A stretch of DNA of 32,000 nucleotides from Desulfocapsa sulfexigens DSM 10523 (GTDB lineage Bacteria; Desulfobacterota; Desulfobulbia; Desulfobulbales; Desulfocapsaceae). The stretch lies in the NCBI RefSeq assembly GCF_000341395.1, contig NC_020304.1, positions 1,410,001 through 1,442,000 of the forward strand, in the 5' to 3' direction. Position numbers and translations under genes: made by a program. Below the pieces are notes generated by a model, which saw only the letters and a list, made by a program, of their open reading frames with translations, ran no database searches and was not told the DNA's origin. Positions 18,462-25,409 of this stretch are shown one piece after another. Position 1 is the stretch's first letter; every line of letters begins with the position of its first letter.

Positions 18462-19835
18462 TTAAAGAATATCGTACTCCTTGAGTTTGTTCAACAGGGT
18501 TTGGCGGGCAACTCCTAAAATCTTGGCCGTTTTACTCCTGTTCCCCTCATTTTGGGCAAGAGTTGCACGTATCATTTCCCGCTCCATATCTCGAAGTGTA
18601 ACAGGTGCTGCCGTCGGATCCTGATTTGTCGTTGCTCCCTCGGGTCGTATTTGTGGTGGTAATTCCCGAATGGTGATCCGTTCACCGGGACAGAGGATTA
18701 CAGCCCGCTCCACTGTGTTTTCAAGTTCACGAATATTACCAGGCCATTGATGCGCCATGAAGATGCGCAGTACTTCAGGGGCAAATCCCTTTATGTCTTT
18801 CCTATTTTTTACGGAATAGCGTTCAAGGAAAAGGGAGGCAAGTTCCGGAATATCTCTGGTACGCTCGCGCAGGGGAGGCAACTCCACCGGTACCACGGAA
18901 AGCCTGAAAAACAGATCCTGTCTGAACGTCTTTTCCTCAATCATAAGCTGCAGATTTCTGTGAGTTGCCGCAAGTACGCGCACATCGACCTTGATGGTCT
19001 CGCTTCCTCCCAATCTGTCCAGTTCTCCTTCCTGGAGTACTCTTAAAATCTTGGCCTGGGTCTGGAGGCTCATATCTCCAATTTCATCAAGAAACAGGGT
19101 CCCCTTGTCGGCCTGTTCAAAGCGGCCTTTACGTCTGGAAACAGCACCGGTGAATGCGCCTGCTTCGTGTCCAAAGAGTTCACTTTCAAGAAGATTTTCA
19201 TTGAGGGCTGCGCAGTTTACTTTGATAAATGGATACTGTTTTCGATTACTCTGCTGGTATATGGCGCTGGCAATCAATTCTTTTCCCGTCCCGGATTCTC
19301 CGGTGATGAGTACAGTGGCGTCGGAAGGGGCAACAAGCTCAAGGGTTGCAAAAAGTTCCTCCATGGCCGGACTGCTCCCTATTATGTTGCCGAATGAAAA
19401 GCGTTTTTCCAGATGTTTTTTTAACCTGATATTTTCCTGCTTCAGTTCCTGAAAGCCAAGGGCCTTCTCCATGACCATTTTCAGTTCATCAATATCTATG
19501 GGTTTGGCTACATAGTCAAAGGCACCTTCACGCATTGCTTTGACGGCTGTTTCAACCGATGAAAAAGCAGTGAGGACTATCACCGGGATGGTTGAATGCA
19601 CTGTATCGTTAAGTGCCCTCAACGTGGCTAGTCCATCCATGCGAGCCATTTTCATATCCAGTAGGATCAGGTCTATCGGTTCCCGTTGTTCCTGTTCCAG
19701 AAATGGGATCACCTGATCACCATCATCAACTTCCATAATATGAAAGTCTTCCCCGGAGAGGTTCACCTTCAGCATGGTTCGATGGGCAGTATCATCATCC
19801 ACCAGCAGAATTCGCTTTTTATTTGTCTTGCTCAA
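18462..19835 (-). CDS. Sigma-54-dependent response regulator (NtrC/ZraR/AtoC family)
   Basis: Receiver domain (ILLVDDD...LILLDMKM), AAA+ domain with Walker A GESGTGKE and the GAFTGA loop, and a C-terminal Fis-type HTH (NRSKTAKILGVARQTLLNKLKEY). The TTG start overlaps the stop of an upstream kinase-gene remnant. Confidence 0.9.
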   Translation of the reverse strand: MSKTNKKRILLVDDDTAHRTMLKVNLSGEDFHIMEVDDGDQVIPFLEQEQREPIDLILLDMKMARMDGLATLRALNDTVHSTIPVIVLTAFSSVETAVKAMREGAFDYVAKPIDIDELKMVMEKALGFQELKQENIRLKKHLEKRFSFGNIIGSSPAMEELFATLELVAPSDATVLITGESGTGKELIASAIYQQSNRKQYPFIKVNCAALNENLLESELFGHEAGAFTGAVSRRKGRFEQADKGTLFLDEIGDMSLQTQAKILRVLQEGELDRLGGSETIKVDVRVLAATHRNLQLMIEEKTFRQDLFFRLSVVPVELPPLRERTRDIPELASLFLERYSVKNRKDIKGFAPEVLRIFMAHQWPGNIRELENTVERAVILCPGERITIRELPPQIRPEGATTNQDPTAAPVTLRDMEREMIRATLAQNEGNRSKTAKILGVARQTLLNKLKEYDIL

Positions 19836-19893
19836 ACCTGTTCTCCGGGAAGGATTATCTTCATAGTGCTGCCTTTTCCAAGAGTGCTTTCCA
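19742..19893. repeat. Direct repeat copy A (kinase 3' end plus regulator 5' end junction)
   Basis: By hand alignment it pairs with 28378-28529 over 152 ungapped positions with 18 mismatches, in the same orientation. There is a 29-nt identical core, acctgttctccgggaaggattatcttcat. Confidence 0.85.
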
Positions 19894-19894
19894 A
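19832..19894 (-). pseudogene. 3'-terminal remnant of a histidine kinase gene (last ~20 codons)
   Basis: It translates to ALESTLGKGSTMKIILPGEQV*, which matches the C-terminus of the intact kinase at 28468-30213 (EVESTLGKGTTMKIILPGEQV*). An in-frame TAA lies 10 codons further upstream, with no similarity beyond that. Confidence 0.8.
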
Positions 19895-20285
19895 CGCAGA
19901 CATCGCTCTACAAGTAGCTGGCAGCATGATTTAACCATTTCAGTTTTCCCATTATACTGCGCCAGATCTTTCTCTACAATGGTGAACTCCTCTCAACCTT
20001 CTACAGGGCTGCATTACCAAAATAGTAAAAGATCCTTCAAGTAAGGGCTGCTTTCCAGCATCTTGAATGTGTTGACCAGAAACACAAAAGGAACATTTTT
20101 GTATTTTTAAGTGTTTTTGGGACATAAGAAATTTCCTAACAGTCCTTGCCTTCCCACTTGTAAATAATATATCATTCTTTATGGCAAGAGGTACTCTTGC
20201 TCCATTCAAGAGCAACACTAACCACTCAATTTACCTCCTGGATGAACTCATGAAAACAATTCCCATAACCTCAGGGAGATGACCG

Positions 20286-21149
20286 ATGAATACTATGCTA
20301 CATGTTTTCGTACTCTTTTTTACAGCTGCATTTTTTTTCTTTTTTAACGCTGCAGTATATGCCTCCCCTCCAATAAAGGCTGCAGGATGCAAAACGGAGT
20401 ACTTTCTTATCCAAGATCTGGCTCGTGGGTATAAATCAAAAACAGCAGGAATTGTCATACCACAGAAAACCGGAAACAAGGTTGCTATAAAATTATTAAC
20501 TGCACAGCAGGTAGACTTTGCCTTCACCTGTAAACCACAGGATAATCTCATAAAAAAATTTAACATCAGCCCCGAAATTACTCAAAACTGGAAATCATTC
20601 ATCATTGCAAATGATCCTATCATTGTCGTTATTCACCGTGAAAATGGTATTATTTCATTAACTTTGGAGCAACTCAGTGGCATTTTTTCTGGAAAAATAA
20701 AGAACTGGAAAGAAATAGGTGGGATAGAGACACCGATTCAGGTTGCCTATCTTGACAAAACTGTTGAGAGCGGAGTTCTCACTCTTTTTAAAGAGCTGGT
20801 TCCAGACTCAGAGAATAACACAACAAAACAGGTGAAACTCAGACCCGATGCGTTTCAGGCAGCAGGGCCTAAGCAACTTGGAGCCTATGTGGCACAAAAC
20901 CCCGGCGGTATAAGCTTTATGGCCCTGAGTTCTTATCGACGTCGTTACGGTTCCAAGGTGAACATTAACGGTGTCCCCCCAAATCGGGAAACCATTAAAG
21001 ACGGAAGTTACCCACTAACAGTGACTTACCATATAATTTATGACAAACGAAAGGAGGAAACCCTGAAATCATTTCTTGGCTACATACAAAGTCAGGAAGG
21101 GATATCCATTATTAATCAGGGTTTTATCTCTCGTACCGAAAATAGATAG
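20286..21149 (+). CDS. PstS-family (phosphate-type) periplasmic substrate-binding protein
   Basis: 287 aa with a signal peptide (VFVLFFTAAFFFFFNAAVYA). LSGIFSGKIKNWKEIGG is the hallmark block of PstS-like PBP domains. GGGAG lies 7 nt upstream of the ATG. Confidence 0.65.
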   Translation: MNTMLHVFVLFFTAAFFFFFNAAVYASPPIKAAGCKTEYFLIQDLARGYKSKTAGIVIPQKTGNKVAIKLLTAQQVDFAFTCKPQDNLIKKFNISPEITQNWKSFIIANDPIIVVIHRENGIISLTLEQLSGIFSGKIKNWKEIGGIETPIQVAYLDKTVESGVLTLFKELVPDSENNTTKQVKLRPDAFQAAGPKQLGAYVAQNPGGISFMALSSYRRRYGSKVNINGVPPNRETIKDGSYPLTVTYHIIYDKRKEETLKSFLGYIQSQEGISIINQGFISRTENR

Positions 21150-21161
21150 GGCCAAATATTA

Positions 21162-23606
21162 ATGAAAGTGCACTCTTTAAACACCAAAATTATCCTCTGG
21201 ACCGGGCTTTGTATTGCCTGCACCGCAATGATCCTTGTGGGGTATTCATCCTGGAACCTGAGACGTAATGCTGTTACACTTGCTCAATCGACTCTTCGCA
21301 CATTCGCTCATCAACGTGGGTCTCTCATCGAGCAGGACATAAGCAGTGCCCTTGACACAAGTCGTACATTGGGGCAAGTCCTCAGCAAAGTTCACGACAG
21401 TGAATCTCCCTTAGATATCCCACGTTACGAGGCCTCTCAGCTCGTTCGAAGTATACTTGAAGAGAACCCTCACTTTTTAAGCGCATTCACCTGTTGGGAA
21501 CCACTTGGTTACGACTATATGGATGACGGCTACAAAAATGAAGAAGGACACGACGAATCAGGTCGTTTTGCACCACTGTGGCGCAGGGGAGAAAACGGGC
21601 AGGCATTTATTCAACCCCTGCTTTTAAGTCCTCTTCACATGAAAAACAGTCAGGTACAAGCTTGGTATACTTCGCCACAGACAAAAAAAAACGCACACGT
21701 TTTTGGTCCAAGTTACGATAGTGAAAATGATCGCTGGTTTGTCACGGTCACAGTACCCATTCTTGATCAGAATAAATTCCAGGGAGTTGTTGGTGTTGAT
21801 CTTGATTTGGGGCCGTTGCAAAACTCAATCCTCACAGAAGAACTCTTTGACGGCAATGCACAAATCTCTGTATTAAACCAAAATGGAGTTTATGTTGTCG
21901 GTAGCAACCCTGAGCATTTTTCAGAAGGAGAACTGTTAGATTCCTGCGATGAACATGGTTTTTTATATAATTCTTTACAGAATCATGAAGAGATTTTTGG
22001 TGTTCATAACAATCAATTTCATATGTTGCTTCCCATCCCCCTCAGTAACAGCGACACAACCTGGAACCTCCTCTTTGTTGTTCCTGTGCCGTCCCTGACA
22101 AAAGAAATCACCACCCTGATGTGGAAACAGATTGCACTCCTGATAGGTATTTTGGTCGTCATGCTTCCCGTTTCCCTATTAGGCACCAGACGCATTCTGA
22201 ACCGCCCTCTATCCCTTCTCCTTGAAGGTGTTCAAAAAGTTTCCGGTGGTAACTTGGACCATGAGGTAACAGTTGCTTCCTCCGATGAGATCGGAACCAT
22301 AGGCATGGCGTTTAATACCATGCGCATTAAACTCAAGGAGATGGTCTCTGCCCTTGAAAAACATCAATTGGAACTGGAAGATAAAGTCGCTCAACGGACC
22401 AAAGATCTTGAAAGCAAGAACAATGAAATAGAAGAACATCGAGGTAAGCTGCAAAAAGCATTGGATGAAACATCTGCCCTCATCCAGGCCATTCTTAAAG
22501 AAGGTGGAAGTCTTGATGTTTTTTTTGAAAATCCGGGCCTCCAGTCTTGCTGGGAGTTGATGAAGTGTACCAAAGAAGAATGTCCCTGTTATGGGAAAAA
22601 ATCTCTTCGGTGCTGGCAGGTTGATAACACACTCTGCTACGATATGGGATGTAAAGAAAACTTTAAAGAAAAATTTATTGAGTGTCAGAAATGTAGGGTT
22701 GTAAAAGAGGCGACTCATGACCCGTTGCAGCAAATTGGTGAACATTTCAATAACATGATCTTTATGCTTCAGACCAATAAAAAAGAACTGGATCAAGCAC
22801 ACCAGCGCCTCCTCCAATCACAAAAAATGGAATCTGTCGGACAGTTGGCTGCTGGCATTGCTCATGAAATCAATACACCGGCCCAATTTGTGGGTACCAA
22901 TCTTGATTTCCTGACAGAGGCATTTACTGATATAAACACTCTTGTGGAATCATTGAAAGAAATACCTTTTTTAAAAGAGGGAAGTGGTACCAAGGCATTT
23001 GAAAATGCACTTGAAGAAGCAGACTGGGACTACCTGGTTGCCGAACTTCCTCAGGCACTTGCTCAATCAAGGGATGGTATTGAACGGATCAGCTCAATTG
23101 TTCTGGCCATGAAAGATTTTTCTCATCCGGCAAGTAAAGAAATGACTCCGTCCGACTTAAATAAGCTTATTGCCACCACCATGACTGTTGCCAGAAATGA
23201 GTGGAAATATGTTGCAGAACTCATAACTGACTTTGACCAGCAATTGCCTCAGGTTCCTCTTTTAGCAGATCAGATGGGGCAGGTAATTCTCAATATACTT
23301 GTTAATGCAGCCCATGCCGTTGAAGAACGATACGGGAGTAATCCTGAAACTGGAGTCATAAAAATATCTACTGAGCGCACTGGCGACACAGTCAAAGTAC
23401 GATTGGTGGATAACGGAACAGGTATGCCCGAAGACGTAAAAAGTCGAATCTTCGACCCTTTCTTCACCACCAAAGAAGTCGGTAGGGGGACAGGTCAGGG
23501 CTTGGCCATTGCCTATGATATTATCGCGAATAAACATGGCGGTAAGCTGGAATGTGAAAGTGAAAAAGGAAAAGGAAGCACCTTTGTGATTACTCTTCCA
23601 CTCTGA
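21162..23606 (+). CDS. Sensor histidine kinase: TM, Cache-like periplasmic domain, TM, HAMP, coiled coil, Cys-rich module, DHp, HATPase
   Basis: 814 aa with two TM segments flanking about 290 periplasmic residues. It has a HAMP region (RRILNRPLSLLLEGVQKVSGGNLDHEV...), an H-box LAAGIAHEINTP, an N-box ILNILVNAAHAV and G-boxes DNGTGMP / GRGTGQGLAI. No response regulator gene is adjacent. Confidence 0.85.
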   Translation: MKVHSLNTKIILWTGLCIACTAMILVGYSSWNLRRNAVTLAQSTLRTFAHQRGSLIEQDISSALDTSRTLGQVLSKVHDSESPLDIPRYEASQLVRSILEENPHFLSAFTCWEPLGYDYMDDGYKNEEGHDESGRFAPLWRRGENGQAFIQPLLLSPLHMKNSQVQAWYTSPQTKKNAHVFGPSYDSENDRWFVTVTVPILDQNKFQGVVGVDLDLGPLQNSILTEELFDGNAQISVLNQNGVYVVGSNPEHFSEGELLDSCDEHGFLYNSLQNHEEIFGVHNNQFHMLLPIPLSNSDTTWNLLFVVPVPSLTKEITTLMWKQIALLIGILVVMLPVSLLGTRRILNRPLSLLLEGVQKVSGGNLDHEVTVASSDEIGTIGMAFNTMRIKLKEMVSALEKHQLELEDKVAQRTKDLESKNNEIEEHRGKLQKALDETSALIQAILKEGGSLDVFFENPGLQSCWELMKCTKEECPCYGKKSLRCWQVDNTLCYDMGCKENFKEKFIECQKCRVVKEATHDPLQQIGEHFNNMIFMLQTNKKELDQAHQRLLQSQKMESVGQLAAGIAHEINTPAQFVGTNLDFLTEAFTDINTLVESLKEIPFLKEGSGTKAFENALEEADWDYLVAELPQALAQSRDGIERISSIVLAMKDFSHPASKEMTPSDLNKLIATTMTVARNEWKYVAELITDFDQQLPQVPLLADQMGQVILNILVNAAHAVEERYGSNPETGVIKISTERTGDTVKVRLVDNGTGMPEDVKSRIFDPFFTTKEVGRGTGQGLAIAYDIIANKHGGKLECESEKGKGSTFVITLPL

Positions 23607-23819
23607 TAATCACCAGAGAGAACAGAGACACTTACATAAGCCGCTTTTAAACATATTCCCAAACCTATCCACTCTCATCCTTTTTTTATAGTGTGCAAAA
23701 GAAAAATATCTGGTCTAACGGCTCCTTGAAACATAAACCCAGGGGATTACCGGGAGGCTGATTATACGAAAGATACAGAGAAAAGATAGCATACATCATC
23801 GTGGAAAAAAATAGAAAAT

Positions 23820-23849
23820 TTGACAAACAGACTAATATGGGTGTATATA
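23820..23849 (+). promoter_or_regulatory. Putative sigma-70 promoter of marR (TTGACA, 18 nt, TATATA)
   Basis: TTGACA is at 23820-23825 and TATATA at 23844-23849. The marR ATG (23857) lies 7 nt after the -10 element and has no Shine-Dalgarno, which suggests a leaderless mRNA. Confidence 0.45.
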
Positions 23850-23858
23850 CACCCATAT
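23835..23858. promoter_or_regulatory. Perfect 24-nt palindrome, candidate MarR operator overlapping the -10 element and the start codon
   Basis: ATATGGGTGTAT|ATACACCCATAT. It shares the core GGTGTA-NN-TACACC with the palindrome at 24324-24343. Confidence 0.6.
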
Positions 23859-24309
23859 GGCCGATTCTAATACTATACACTTGGAACTATCCAACATACC
23901 TGCTCAATGTGTTGCCTATAATTTTCAGAAAACCGCAAGGGTAATAACATCTTTTTACAGAAGAACGATTGCCCCATCTGGTCTAAAAGGCAATCAGTTC
24001 CCTTTGTTGCTCGCAATAAAACTGTCACAACCAATTTCTATAACAGAGCTTGCAAAGACCCTGGATTTGGACCGGACAACATTGAGTAGGAACTTGAAAA
24101 TACTTGAAAAAAATAGTTATGTTAGTTTAGAGCAAAGTAATGATCACCGCATACGAAACGTTCAGTTATCTGGAGAGGGAGAAGTGATTCTTAATCTTGC
24201 TCTTCCCCTATGGCAACAAGCTCAAAACACCATAGTAGAAAAAATTGGAAAAGATCAGTGGAGCAATCTTTTGTCTTCCTTCCATGATTTAGCAAGTATC
24301 GTAAAGTAG
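23857..24309 (+). CDS. MarR-family transcriptional regulator
   Basis: 150 aa with a winged-helix region (ISITELAKTLDLDRTTLSRNLKILEKNSYV) typical of MarR. Confidence 0.85.
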   Translation: MADSNTIHLELSNIPAQCVAYNFQKTARVITSFYRRTIAPSGLKGNQFPLLLAIKLSQPISITELAKTLDLDRTTLSRNLKILEKNSYVSLEQSNDHRIRNVQLSGEGEVILNLALPLWQQAQNTIVEKIGKDQWSNLLSSFHDLASIVK

Positions 24310-24323
24310 TTTTTTTTACCATG

Positions 24324-24343
24324 ATAGGTGTACCTACACCTAT
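24324..24343. promoter_or_regulatory. Second palindrome (9+2+9), candidate MarR operator upstream of the AhpD-like gene
   Basis: ATAGGTGTA-CC-TACACCTAT, located 32 nt upstream of ATG 24375. It has the same GGTGTA-NN-TACACC core as the marR palindrome. Confidence 0.5.
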
Positions 24344-24374
24344 CGTCAGCACACACGAACCATAGGGAAAAATT

Positions 24375-24899
24375 ATGTTTATTATTGACGCAAAGCCACC
24401 TGAGAATCCAACCAAAAAACTGAAAGCAATGCTTGATGTCTTCGAAAAAAAGTTTGGTGGGGTGCCACCTCATTTTAAACTTTTGGGGACATTAAATTCA
24501 GATGAATTAGAGATTACCTTGGACTATGTAATTCGCCTGATGCAACATCCAACAATCAATCCTGATCTATTCACTTTCCTACGACTGCATATAGCTCAAC
24601 AAGAAGGATATCGATATTGTGTACAGTTTAACACAAATCTTTTGAAATCTGCTGGTTATGACAATGATATAATCATAAAATCATCAGGTGATATCAGCAA
24701 AGTGCCATTTGAAAAGAAACTTCAAATTTTAGCAATTAAAGCTGTAAAAGGGGTGTTGCGATTTAAAGAATTTGGAAAAAGAGATCTGGACGAACTGTAT
24801 GGGGTTGGTTGGGATGACAATGAGATTTTTGATGCCATTAATCATTGTGGCTTTATGTTGAAAAATGGAAGATTAATCAGTTCCTATATTCTCAAGTAG
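24375..24899 (+). CDS. AhpD-like / carboxymuconolactone decarboxylase superfamily protein (tentative)
   Basis: 174 aa and helical. LRLHIAQQEGYRYCVQFN resembles the CMD-domain core but lacks the canonical CxxC...H (only one Cys is retained). AGGGA Shine-Dalgarno. Confidence 0.45.
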   Translation: MFIIDAKPPENPTKKLKAMLDVFEKKFGGVPPHFKLLGTLNSDELEITLDYVIRLMQHPTINPDLFTFLRLHIAQQEGYRYCVQFNTNLLKSAGYDNDIIIKSSGDISKVPFEKKLQILAIKAVKGVLRFKEFGKRDLDELYGVGWDDNEIFDAINHCGFMLKNGRLISSYILK

Positions 24900-25409
24900 T
24901 TGTAAGCAAATGTATAGACTGCACTGATTTGTCCATTACTTTTAGTAAGCAGTTTTGTCCCAAACAAAAAAATTGCTATAGTAACCGTTTTTTGTTTTAA
25001 ATACCGCTCTCGGTATTGTTAAGTACTTTCCTTAGGAAAGAAAAATGGAGTACAGAGTAGCAATCACTATGTTTATATTATTTATAATTGGTATGTTTCG
25101 TTTTTAACTGGGCTTTTGATGGTAAATTTGGACTGGATAATGTTATTCCAACCCAGAGTCGGGATAATTTAATAATTCAAGATCTTCGACCTGGCTCTTT
25201 AGACAATTTTAACAGCATTGCACTTGATGAAGCGCAGAATCATATTTTCTTCGTTGCCGAACACTCATAATTTCTTCCTGTCAGTCTTTTTATCAATGAC
25301 TTAACCGAGTGTCCACTCTTTCATGGCAGGATCACTCGATAATTTGCCATTTTCTCCCAATAATACAAAAGCAGGAACTCAATCAACTCTTTAAACGAGG
25401 GAATCACTA

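Noticed and set aside
19952-20218. An 88-aa minus-strand ORF in the junction region next to the kinase remnant
   Set aside because: It has no Shine-Dalgarno, a Cys/Arg-rich low-plausibility composition and no similarity to the kinase whose remnant lies beside it. It is likely a chance ORF in non-coding DNA.
25088-25270. A 60-aa ORF in the ATPase upstream spacer as a real gene
   Set aside because: It has a TTG start, no Shine-Dalgarno and no recognisable family. At best it is a relic fragment.
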